A model generated the notes under the pieces. The model was not told the DNA's origin. It made no database searches and was given only the letters and a program-made list of their open reading frames with translations. From sequence record LR756504.1: a stretch of DNA of 64,000 nt, one strand, 5' to 3'. Both the position numbers and the translations under genes were made by a program. This document shows, one piece after another, positions 21,331 through 30,587 of the stretch (positions are counted from its first letter, which is position 1; each line of letters begins with the position of its first letter).

Positions 21331-21761
21331 TCAGTTTCCTTTACGATGAAATTTAATATTTCTTTTTGTCTCCAAAAAATTTTATCTTCCGCTTCGTTTA
21401 CTGTGAAAAATCTTGCTTTAGAGATTTCTCTTGGTTGCAATTGTTCTTTTGGTATTTTTTCACTTTCTAATCCCAATTCAGATAAATTTGCAACTTCACA
21501 AACATAATAAATTACCTTTTTGTAATTCTTATTAGTTTTTTTATTTCTATAAATTATAGTATAAGCATCTTTGATTATTTTATCTATTGGGACATCAATA
21601 CCAATTTCTTCTTTAGTTTCTCTAATAGCTGCATCAATTAATAATTCACCCTCTTCCACTTTACCTTTTGGAATTCCCCACATAGCTTTAGTGCCTTTAG
21701 TTGGTTTTGCCAATAAAACCTTATTACCAAATATTATAAGTAGTCCTGCTGATATTTCCAT
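21327..21761 (-). CDS. Nudix hydrolase
   Basis: Nudix box GKVEEGELLIDAAIRETKEEIG. Confidence 0.92.
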   Translation of the reverse strand: MEISAGLLIIFGNKVLLAKPTKGTKAMWGIPKGKVEEGELLIDAAIRETKEEIGIDVPIDKIIKDAYTIIYRNKKTNKNYKKVIYYVCEVANLSELGLESEKIPKEQLQPREISKARFFTVNEAEDKIFWRQKEILNFIVKETE

Positions 21762-21851
21762 TTTAATGTTTTAAATTATTTATTATTATGTATTAAAATA
21801 GAAAAGTTTGGTTTCTACAAAAAATAATTATTTTTAATCATATTTCTAAAA

Positions 21852-23480
21852 TTATTTGTAGGCTATTAAACCATCACCAATATCAAGTTTTTCACCCATT
21901 TTTTTATTGTTGATTTTGGGTATTTTATCTTGATTTTCTTCTATGTATTTAGCTTTCTTCTTATCAACAATATTATCAGAAAGCTTGGTTTTCCAAAAAT
22001 CTTCTGTTAAATAAGGTTTAAATACTCTATAAATGTTGTGCTTAGATATTTTATTTTCTTCTGCCCATTTAGATATACTACCAAAAATCATATCACCATT
22101 ATAATCCTTTAAGAATTTATCTTTTTCCTTAGTTCCGAATTCATTCATATCAATATGATTCTTATAAATATCTTGTTTATAAACCATATCTTTTATATTT
22201 TTAATTGTATCGTCGTTTACTTGTTTATTAAATTTATTCACTCTTTCATTATATTCTTTTTCATCTTTAGCTAATCTATTAGCATCTTCCTCTTCTGTAA
22301 AAATTGTATATACTGAATTTTGAGTTTGATACACATTTTTTTGATGATTTTCGATATCAGTGGGTTCTATTTTTAGATATTCTGATAAAGTTTTTAATTT
22401 AGTATCTTTAATGAGTTCTGATGATAGAACTTCTTTTTTCCAAGAAGGAGCTAAAATGTCCATATATGAATGTTGAGCATATGCATCAGATGTAGTATAA
22501 TTATAAGTTTCTCTATGAACAGTAGGCTCATTTTTCATTGTTGTATATTTTTCAGCCATTTTATGCAGAAAATTTTTCAAATTATTTGGATACACACAAT
22601 CAAAAAAAATCTTTCCTTTATGTAATCTTATAAACATTCTTGAAAATGCTGTAAATGGATACATCTTACCGTGATGATCCGTCCAAGGTGTGTCAAATAT
22701 TAAATAGCAAATTTTAGTATTCTTATCGAATAAATTTGCCATTAATGGTTTTATATCACTAAATCCTTTTTCTTCTCTATAAAGAGTTTGACATGATTGA
22801 TAAAATTTAGACATCGATTGATTTAACATGTCTTCTGGTTTACATGTAATGTATAGATGCAAATCAAAATTATTAAATAAATTAATATCAAAATGTTCTT
22901 TTGTTAATCTTGATGGAAGACTTGGTATAATACCATTTCCTGCATATGGATTATAAAAGTTTTTGTTAAACGCACTTTTATATGCCGTAATGAAATCATT
23001 TATGTTTCCCTTATTAGAACTCCACACTATTTTACCTGATTCTTTATGTTCAGTTTTCATAGTAGCATCACCATTTCTTAATGGTATTCCTGCTTCATTT
23101 TTTAGAATTATTTTATTATCTTTTGTCTCACCAACACTAATTATTCTAAATGTATCTTTTTCATAGAAATATTTTATATCTAATAATGATGGTTTCTTAA
23201 CATTAATCAATTTGTGTTCATTACTTTTTAAATAAGCTTCATTTATTATGTTAATAAAATGTTCATCCACATCAAATTTAGACATTTCAATAGCAGCATT
23301 TTCATATGCGAAACCAAAGAAAACTTTCAATGCCTCATCTTTATCTTCGGGTGTTAATGTCCATTTACCTTCCGTGATTAATTCTGTCTTTTTAGGTACA
23401 TTAAAATCTAAAAGGTGTTCTGCTTTATAGTGCTTGATTCTATCAATTTGATGTTGTGATACTTCGTCTCTTAGTGCCAT
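21852..23480 (-). CDS. SCQ-family protein, paralog 2, with MVYKQ C-terminal domain
   Basis: LYITCKPEDMLNQS..FYQSCQ, FSRMFIR, KIFFDCVYP; IKDMVYKQDIY. Confidence 0.7.
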   Translation of the reverse strand: MALRDEVSQHQIDRIKHYKAEHLLDFNVPKKTELITEGKWTLTPEDKDEALKVFFGFAYENAAIEMSKFDVDEHFINIINEAYLKSNEHKLINVKKPSLLDIKYFYEKDTFRIISVGETKDNKIILKNEAGIPLRNGDATMKTEHKESGKIVWSSNKGNINDFITAYKSAFNKNFYNPYAGNGIIPSLPSRLTKEHFDINLFNNFDLHLYITCKPEDMLNQSMSKFYQSCQTLYREEKGFSDIKPLMANLFDKNTKICYLIFDTPWTDHHGKMYPFTAFSRMFIRLHKGKIFFDCVYPNNLKNFLHKMAEKYTTMKNEPTVHRETYNYTTSDAYAQHSYMDILAPSWKKEVLSSELIKDTKLKTLSEYLKIEPTDIENHQKNVYQTQNSVYTIFTEEEDANRLAKDEKEYNERVNKFNKQVNDDTIKNIKDMVYKQDIYKNHIDMNEFGTKEKDKFLKDYNGDMIFGSISKWAEENKISKHNIYRVFKPYLTEDFWKTKLSDNIVDKKKAKYIEENQDKIPKINNKKMGEKLDIGDGLIAYK

Positions 23481-23524
23481 TATTCTTTGATTTTTGATTT
23501 TTTAAATGTTTTTACTAAATAAAT

Positions 23525-25189
23525 TCACTTCTTTTTCAAAGCTGCTATAACAACACCTTTATCATTTAGAATTTGAATTCTAAATACTTTTGCATCAATT
23601 AGTAATGGTTTTATTTTCTTCTTAACTTCTTTAACAGGTTCAACATAAGCTTGTTTATATTGTGGTTGTGCTGTTTTCTTTTCTTCAATAGCGGGTTTAT
23701 ATGCTTTGAAATTATCACCTATTTCTAAAGGTTCTTCTGTAGAAAGAGCTTTTATTTTTAATTTAACTTTATCTTCATTTAATCGCTCATTCCAAAATTC
23801 AGGAACTAAATATGCTTTTAATTGTCTATATAAATCATGTTTTTTAATTTTATTTTTTTCTGACCATAATACCAAAGATTCGAAATTTTTATCACTCTCA
23901 TATCCTTTTAGAAAGGTAACAGCATCTTTATCCTTACTTGCAAAAAAATCATCAATTTTCAAATATTTAGAATAGACATCTTGTTTATACACCATAGTTT
24001 TGATAGATTCTACAGTATCATTATAAACTTCTTCATCGGTATAAATAATATATTTACCTTTTTCAGTTTCATAAACTTTATCCTCTATCTTATCAATAGA
24101 CATAGGATCAATTTTGAAATGTTCTGCGAGATTTTTTAATCGTAAATCTTTAAGTAATTCTTCGAGTGAAACTTCCCTTTTCCATTGAGGTTTAAGAATA
24201 TCCATATATGAGTGGATTGCATATCCATCGGGTGTAGTATAATGATAAGTATTTCCTTTATATTCATTTTTCATACCCGTTCTATTCTCTATTATTTTAT
24301 GTAAGAACGTTCGTACTCTATCAGGATAAACATTATCAAAGAATATTTGACCACCAGCAACTCTAACAAACATTCTTGAAAATGCTGTAAATGGGTATTC
24401 CTTTTTCTTAACATCAACCCAAGGCACATCAAACATTAAATATGCAATTTTTGTATTTTTATCCATAGCATTAGCTAGTATTGGACGAAAATCTTCACGA
24501 TAAATTGTTTGACATGAATTGAAAAATCCTGTCATAGATTGATTCATAATATCCATGGGTCTACCAGATATGTAGAGATACATATGATTTTTAGCAAACA
24601 AATCAATATTAAAAGTTCCTGTCATTGAAGGAATTGAAGAAAATGGTGCATGTGCAAATGGATTATATATGTTTTCTTCTGGATATGCAATATTATATGT
24701 GTTGATGAAGTCGTTTATATTTCCTTTATTATTAGTCCATACTAATTCACCAATTGGTTTTTCAACACGAGTAATTTTACCATCTTCACCTAAAACAGGT
24801 TTTCCTTCCTCGTCTTTTAAAACTTTAGTAGCTTCTTTTGTTTCACCACCAATAGTTTTAAAATTATTTTTACCATAAAGATATGTTAAATCCAATAAAC
24901 TAGGATTTTGTATATTCAATTGATATTCTTCTGCATTGATGAATGCTAATCTAAGTGTATTTAAAAATTGTTCAGATGGTTTGAATTTTGCCATTAAAGC
25001 TTTTGATTCATTAAATTTTAAGCCATAATAATTATTTATAGCTTGCATTTTTTCTTCTTCCGTGAGTTGCCACTTACCCTCTACAATCTTATCATTTTTT
25101 GGTGGAACTTCCATATCAAGAAAACGTGAAACCTTAAAATGTTTTATTCTTTCTTCATGTACAGGTGAAATTTCGTCTCTTAAAGGCAT
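23525..25189 (-). CDS. SCQ-family protein, paralog 3, with MVYKQ C-terminal domain
   Basis: LYISGRPMDIMNQS..FFNSCQ, FSRMFVR, QIFFDNVYP; tandem duplicate of 21852..23480. Confidence 0.7.
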   Translation of the reverse strand: MPLRDEISPVHEERIKHFKVSRFLDMEVPPKNDKIVEGKWQLTEEEKMQAINNYYGLKFNESKALMAKFKPSEQFLNTLRLAFINAEEYQLNIQNPSLLDLTYLYGKNNFKTIGGETKEATKVLKDEEGKPVLGEDGKITRVEKPIGELVWTNNKGNINDFINTYNIAYPEENIYNPFAHAPFSSIPSMTGTFNIDLFAKNHMYLYISGRPMDIMNQSMTGFFNSCQTIYREDFRPILANAMDKNTKIAYLMFDVPWVDVKKKEYPFTAFSRMFVRVAGGQIFFDNVYPDRVRTFLHKIIENRTGMKNEYKGNTYHYTTPDGYAIHSYMDILKPQWKREVSLEELLKDLRLKNLAEHFKIDPMSIDKIEDKVYETEKGKYIIYTDEEVYNDTVESIKTMVYKQDVYSKYLKIDDFFASKDKDAVTFLKGYESDKNFESLVLWSEKNKIKKHDLYRQLKAYLVPEFWNERLNEDKVKLKIKALSTEEPLEIGDNFKAYKPAIEEKKTAQPQYKQAYVEPVKEVKKKIKPLLIDAKVFRIQILNDKGVVIAALKKK

Positions 25190-25290
25190 GTCTATATTAA
25201 GTTATATCTTCAATTTCATCAAATATAATTAAAATGTTACAGAATTCCAATAAAAATTAAAAAAATATTTTATATAACAATATATAGGGT

Positions 25291-25845
25291 ATGTTAAGAA
25301 GAGATGAACTAATAAATAAGCTTGCTGGATTAAATAGTGGTAGTTATTTAAATACTAAAATGGACGAATTAGAAGCCTTTATAGATATACAGCTATCTAA
25401 GGATGAAAATATTATAAAAATGGTTAGTCTCAATACTCAGGGTATTTTAACATCTGGTATAGAAGCGACAACATCGTTTGAACCTACTTATGCAGTACAC
25501 AATGATATTAATGTTAAGATTGGTGTTGATGGAACTGCTGGCTCAGGTAAAAAAATATGGAATGAAACTCTTCAATATCAATCAGGTGCATTCGCAACTC
25601 AAAGTCCATGGATAGATTTAGTTATTGATCAAGCCCCATTTATAAGCGGTGATTTTAATGGCTATATTAAAATAGAATTACCAGAAAATACAAATAAGAA
25701 CGTTGCATATTTATTGGCTGTAAAATATGAAAGTACTGATATGAATGGTATATTACCAAAAGGTGGCTTTTGGGGAAATAATAATGTATCGGTATCATAT
25801 GATACCACAATTAATAAAATGTACATGACATTCAAATTATTTTAA
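25291..25845 (+). CDS. Hypothetical protein, probably late/structural
   Basis: 184 aa, G/S/T-rich, preceded by AATATATA. Confidence 0.6.
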   Translation: MLRRDELINKLAGLNSGSYLNTKMDELEAFIDIQLSKDENIIKMVSLNTQGILTSGIEATTSFEPTYAVHNDINVKIGVDGTAGSGKKIWNETLQYQSGAFATQSPWIDLVIDQAPFISGDFNGYIKIELPENTNKNVAYLLAVKYESTDMNGILPKGGFWGNNNVSVSYDTTINKMYMTFKLF

Positions 25846-25900
25846 TTTATTTTCAAAACAATAGTTTATATTTTTACTATAATTCGAAACGTATAAAACA

Positions 25901-26248
25901 ATGTTTCTTAAATACTATCAAATAATCATCAACTTATTTAAAAGTTTATCAATACCAATCTATAGAATCAAAATAGAGCATTCTAAATTGGATAGTAAAT
26001 ATTTTCCACAATATAAAAAATATGGTATATGGATATTTTTTTACGAAACAAAAACAGTTGGATATTCTTCAACAACTAAATATACAGAAATAGTATCATT
26101 TTCAACCGAAAATAAAGCAAATATTTTTATTTTAAATTCAGAAAAAAATAGAGTTGATGTAATACAGAAAAAAATTGATTCTAAGAAAACTGTTGAATAT
26201 AAAAGAATCTATTTAAATAGACAAGAAAAAATAAAAAATCTTATATAA
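25901..26248 (+). CDS. Hypothetical protein with C-terminal RQEKIKNLI motif
   Basis: 115-aa ORF whose stop overlaps the rnhB ATG. Confidence 0.6.
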   Translation: MFLKYYQIIINLFKSLSIPIYRIKIEHSKLDSKYFPQYKKYGIWIFFYETKTVGYSSTTKYTEIVSFSTENKANIFILNSEKNRVDVIQKKIDSKKTVEYKRIYLNRQEKIKNLI

Positions 26249-26820
26249 TGCTCAGAGAAATGGAAGGAATAGATTTTTTATGTGGAACAGATGAGTCTGG
26301 CGTTGGTTGCTTGGCTGGTCCCGTCATTGCATCTGCTGTAATATTACCAAAAGATTACTATAATAAAGATTTAAATGATAGTAAAAAAATGACAACTAAA
26401 AAACGTGATATTGTTTATAACGATATTATAAAAAATGCAATAGAATATTCAATAACAGAGGTTGATATTCATACAATTGATAAAATTAATATTTTATGGG
26501 CTAGAATAATGGCTATGGATTTAAGTGTTAAAAAACTTATTAATCCACAATATTTATTAATAGACGGTAATAAATTTTATAAAGAATATCACATACCATT
26601 TGATACTATAGTAAAGGGTGATGGAAAATGGGCTTGTATAGCAGCAGCTTCTGTATTAGCTAAAGTGTACAGAGATGAATTAATGTTAAATTTACATATT
26701 AAGTTTCCGCAATATAATTGGAGTTCTAACAAAGGATATGGTACTAAAGAACATTATAAGGCTATTGAATCTAATGGAATAACTGAGTTTCATAGATTAT
26801 CTTTTCTTAAAAATTTGTAA
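26248..26820 (+). CDS. rnhB: Ribonuclease HII
   Basis: GTDESGVGCLAGP, LNDSKK, LIDGN, KGD, AASVLAKV.RD, KGYGT..H, HR.SF. Confidence 0.95.
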   Translation: MLREMEGIDFLCGTDESGVGCLAGPVIASAVILPKDYYNKDLNDSKKMTTKKRDIVYNDIIKNAIEYSITEVDIHTIDKINILWARIMAMDLSVKKLINPQYLLIDGNKFYKEYHIPFDTIVKGDGKWACIAAASVLAKVYRDELMLNLHIKFPQYNWSSNKGYGTKEHYKAIESNGITEFHRLSFLKNL

Positions 26821-26829
26821 TAATTTGTA

Positions 26830-27636
26830 TTAATAATTAATAACTAAAATTTCTTGGGTAATTCCAATTTGCTTTTTAGATACTTTATCATAATCATGTT
26901 CTATATTTATAATTTTATAATCCGTCAATCTATCAAAAAATGGATTTTTTTTATCTTTATGTATAGAAACACCGCTTAATGCAAACTTTATATTATTTTT
27001 ATTTAGTATATCTAAAAAATAATATATTTTTTCTTCTAATTCTTTACTCCAGTATGTATTATATCCAGAAAGAGTACCAAAATAAGGAGGATCTAGATAC
27101 ACAAAGCTTTTTCTTTTATCTTCTAATATTATAGGCAGTAAATCTATATAATTAATGTTATAAAACTCTACATTTTTATCTTTAAGCTTTTCCCAGTAAG
27201 CAAAAAGTTTCTCTTCTGTTTTCTTACCGAAGCCTCTATTACCCCATGTTTGATTAAATTCAAATTTTTTATTAAATCGCATCATATTATTTGTGCAGGA
27301 TTGAATAAGTGAAAAAAAGTGATATGGTGTTTGATTAGCATTAAATAAACTCCTACTTTTAGAATACGCCTCTTTATCAGATTTATCTAATATAAAAGGC
27401 TTTAGATTAGTTAAAATAGTTTCCCAATCATTTACCTTCAACTCTTTATAAAAATCAATTAGAGGCTTTATAACATCATTTGCTACTATATTTTGATAGT
27501 TAGAGTTAATAAATACTGATCCACCACCACAAAAAACATCATAGAAAATTTCAACATCATTAGGAAAATGTGTAAATATTTGTTCTAAAATAGGATATTT
27601 AGCTCCTGTATAATTAAAAGCACTTTTAAGATACAT
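26830..27636 (-). CDS. dam: Dam-family (D12 class) adenine DNA methyltransferase
   Basis: FNYTGAK, DVFCGGGSV, NDV, YLDPPY. Confidence 0.9.
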   Translation of the reverse strand: MYLKSAFNYTGAKYPILEQIFTHFPNDVEIFYDVFCGGGSVFINSNYQNIVANDVIKPLIDFYKELKVNDWETILTNLKPFILDKSDKEAYSKSRSLFNANQTPYHFFSLIQSCTNNMMRFNKKFEFNQTWGNRGFGKKTEEKLFAYWEKLKDKNVEFYNINYIDLLPIILEDKRKSFVYLDPPYFGTLSGYNTYWSKELEEKIYYFLDILNKNNIKFALSGVSIHKDKKNPFFDRLTDYKIINIEHDYDKVSKKQIGITQEILVINY

Positions 27637-27684
27637 GTTCTATTTATAAGGAAAAATAGTTTCCCTATAAATACATTCTTATTG

Positions 27685-28059
27685 CTAATCTAATAATATT
27701 TTTATTTTTTCATCCCTAATTTTAGACTTTGGAAGTTTAAAAACAATATTTGTCGGAATATTAATAGACTGTTTTCCAAATTCAGGTATAATAATTTCTA
27801 CTTTTTTCCATAAAAAATTAATATCTATCATTTTTATTGCATATACTCTACTTAAAGTTCTTATAGGATTATTTAATCTTTGTAAATTACAAGCAGAGAA
27901 ACAATTATCTTTGTATTCACAAGTTATTTTTAAATTATAATCTTTTTTTATTGTTAATGTACCATCATTGGATGTTATATTAACATGATATTTCAACACA
28001 ATCTTCTTGTAAGATATTTTTCTGACTACTATTTCCATATAACTATTATATAATTTCAA
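27685..28059 (-). CDS. Hypothetical protein with C-terminal RDEKIKILL motif
   Basis: 124-aa ORF. Confidence 0.55.
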   Translation of the reverse strand: MKLYNSYMEIVVRKISYKKIVLKYHVNITSNDGTLTIKKDYNLKITCEYKDNCFSACNLQRLNNPIRTLSRVYAIKMIDINFLWKKVEIIIPEFGKQSINIPTNIVFKLPKSKIRDEKIKILLD

Positions 28060-28090
28060 AACTAAAATGTTTTATTCCATATAATAATTT

Positions 28091-28378
28091 ATGGGAGAGA
28101 TAACTATAAAAACTTCATTAATTGATTATATCGGAGAATTAAATGGTGGTGTATCTATAGCTATAAGTCTAACTGTTGAAGATGATTTTAGTTTTGAATC
28201 TATTTATTGGATACACCCTGATGGTAAATATTTATTAGAAACAGATGACAATTTTTTAAAATTGTTTGGAATAAGCGATTCGAACGATTTACCATTTATA
28301 AATGAATTAATTGTTGATATAGATTCTATATTAGCTAGTAAAGAAGAAATATTTGAAACTTTTTTAAATGGAAACTAA
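28091..28378 (+). CDS. Hypothetical acidic protein
   Basis: 95-aa ORF. Confidence 0.65.
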   Translation: MGEITIKTSLIDYIGELNGGVSIAISLTVEDDFSFESIYWIHPDGKYLLETDDNFLKLFGISDSNDLPFINELIVDIDSILASKEEIFETFLNGN

Positions 28379-28532
28379 AAATAATACAGTAAGAAAATTA
28401 CGAGTAACATGGACTCCTTTTGTCTACGATTTTGTGGCGAATCCTGGATTTAGTGATGCTATGTTTAAATCACAAAAAGAAGATGTTATAAAAAGAAGAA
28501 ATAGACTTATAAAAATTTTTAATATGTCTTAA
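28368..28532 (+). CDS. Small hypothetical protein (54 aa, not in ORF track)
   Basis: METKNNTVRKLRVTWTPFVYDFVANPGFSDAMFKSQKEDVIKRRNRLIKIFNMS; start overlaps the upstream gene end. Confidence 0.5.
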   Translation: METKNNTVRKLRVTWTPFVYDFVANPGFSDAMFKSQKEDVIKRRNRLIKIFNMS

Positions 28533-28582
28533 ACTAGTTATTAGTTTCATCTATAATAGTAAATTGATGTAACTCTATATAC

Positions 28583-30250
28583 ATGATAGTTAAGAATATA
28601 AAAATAAAGAATTTCAAAAGCTTTGGTAATAATATCAATGAAATAGTATTGAACCCTACTAAAGGTGAATTGATACTATTACACGGAATTAATGGGGGGG
28701 GTAAGTCTAGCACTTTAGAATCTATTGATTTCGCATTATATGGTAAAGTGAGAGGTAAAAAGAAAAAATATGTCACTAGTGATTGTTTACCTAATCGTTA
28801 TAATGGTGATATGTTGGTCGAAATAGAATTCGATATTTCATCAAGTAATATAAAAATTATCCGTTCAAGTTCTAAATTAGAATTATATATCGATGGCCAA
28901 AAATACGATAGAGCAGGTAAAGCAAATATTCAACAAAAAATTGAAGAAATAGTAGGCGTAGATATTGAAACATTTAAGTCATTTATATCAATGTCTATTA
29001 ATGATTTTAAAAATTTCATGGTTCTTTCACCTGATGAAAAACGCATGCTACTTGATAAATTATTTAATCTTGAAATGATAAATGAATTAAGTAAAATTCT
29101 TAAAGAAAAAAAGAAACAAACTAAACATGAAGAAGAGATATTTCTGAGAGAGATTTCTACATATCAATCTAATTTAGATTCTTTTAAAGAAGGTGTTAAT
29201 AAAATTAAAGAGGCTTCTAAGGTAAATATTGATAAAGAAAGAGAAGAAATAAAGAATCAAATGTTTGATAAAAAAACAGAGTTTGATACTTTAAAAGATA
29301 GATTGGATAAAGGCACACAAAAAGAAGTTGAAATTAGTGTTAAAATAAGAGAAATTTCTCAAAAGATTAATGAATTAGACTATCAAATAAGAACTAAACA
29401 AGAAAAAGTAAAACTTATTAGTGCTGGTAAATGTCACACTTGTGAATCAGATTTATCTACTGATATACATCTTTCTTTTAAACACGAAACTGTTGAATCA
29501 ATATCTAAATTAAAAGAAGTTAGAGATGAACTATCTAAAGAGTATGTTAGTTTAGAAACAAAGAAATCTACATTGGTAACTATCATTAGAAATACTAATC
29601 AAACATTTGGTGAATTAAAAGCATATCTTTCACAACTAAAAACTAAATTATCTTCACTACAAGAAGATAATGCAGAAGAAACAGCGTCTATAAATGAGAT
29701 GATCAATACTATTGAAAAAATAGAAAAAAGAAAAGAAAATAGTGAAGATAATTTAGTTAAAATGAAACATACATCAGATTTATTAAATCAATTAGATAAA
29801 ATGTTTTCAGAAGATGGGATTAAGAAATCAATAATTTCAAAAATAGTTAAGCCCATAAATCATTTCATTAAAGAAAACCTTGAAACTATGGGTATGAATT
29901 TTTCTGTACAATTAGACGATCAATTCTCTGCTGAAATAAAGATTTTGGGACAAGAAATTGATCCAGATACTTTATCAACTGGTGAAACTAAGAAAGTAAA
30001 TATTGCTATTATGTTAGCATATTTAAAACTAATAAGAATGAAAAAACACATAAATCTTCTATTTTTAGATGAGGTATTCAGTTCTATTGATATTCAAGGG
30101 ATTTATGATATTTTAAAGCTTTTGAAAGAATTTGCAAGAGAATTTAATATTAATACATTTCTTATTCATCACGCTCTTTTAGAGAAAAGTTGCTTCGATA
30201 GAGTACTAAAAATAGAAAAAAATATTACAAGTCAGATAATAGAAGAATAA
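28583..30250 (+). CDS. SbcC/Rad50-like recombination endonuclease ATPase subunit (gp46-like)
   Basis: KNFKSFGN, GINGGGKSS (Walker A), coiled coil with CHTC hook, LSTGE signature, LFLDE, IHH. Confidence 0.93.
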   Translation: MIVKNIKIKNFKSFGNNINEIVLNPTKGELILLHGINGGGKSSTLESIDFALYGKVRGKKKKYVTSDCLPNRYNGDMLVEIEFDISSSNIKIIRSSSKLELYIDGQKYDRAGKANIQQKIEEIVGVDIETFKSFISMSINDFKNFMVLSPDEKRMLLDKLFNLEMINELSKILKEKKKQTKHEEEIFLREISTYQSNLDSFKEGVNKIKEASKVNIDKEREEIKNQMFDKKTEFDTLKDRLDKGTQKEVEISVKIREISQKINELDYQIRTKQEKVKLISAGKCHTCESDLSTDIHLSFKHETVESISKLKEVRDELSKEYVSLETKKSTLVTIIRNTNQTFGELKAYLSQLKTKLSSLQEDNAEETASINEMINTIEKIEKRKENSEDNLVKMKHTSDLLNQLDKMFSEDGIKKSIISKIVKPINHFIKENLETMGMNFSVQLDDQFSAEIKILGQEIDPDTLSTGETKKVNIAIMLAYLKLIRMKKHINLLFLDEVFSSIDIQGIYDILKLLKEFAREFNINTFLIHHALLEKSCFDRVLKIEKNITSQIIEE

Positions 30251-30290
30251 TTTGTTTTTATTTATAAATTTTATTATATTTATTCTTTAT

Positions 30291-30518
30291 ATGAAAAGAG
30301 ACGATAGTATTATTAATAAGATAAGTCTATTAGTAGAAACAAAAAATGAATGGTATATATTACATTCTAAAATAATGCGTAAATATAAATTAGATTTTCT
30401 TGATAAAGCAAGAGCAAGAAGATGTCGTGTTGAAATTGTGATGCTTGATAAAAGAATATCTAATCTTAAAGAACTATATCGAAATAACTGCAAAATAAAA
30501 TATAAAAAGAATAATTAA
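30291..30518 (+). CDS. Hypothetical basic protein
   Basis: ATG at 30291, ends just before a terminator. Confidence 0.5.
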   Translation: MKRDDSIINKISLLVETKNEWYILHSKIMRKYKLDFLDKARARRCRVEIVMLDKRISNLKELYRNNCKIKYKKNN

Positions 30519-30538
30519 TATTGAAAAGTTTATAAAAT

Positions 30539-30566
30539 AAAAAAACCTCAATAAAGAGGTTTTTTT
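30539..30566. terminator. Bidirectional intrinsic terminator between convergent units
   Basis: aaaaacctc-aataaa-gaggttttt. Confidence 0.75.
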
Positions 30567-30587
30567 ATTTATTAATTTATGTATAGA

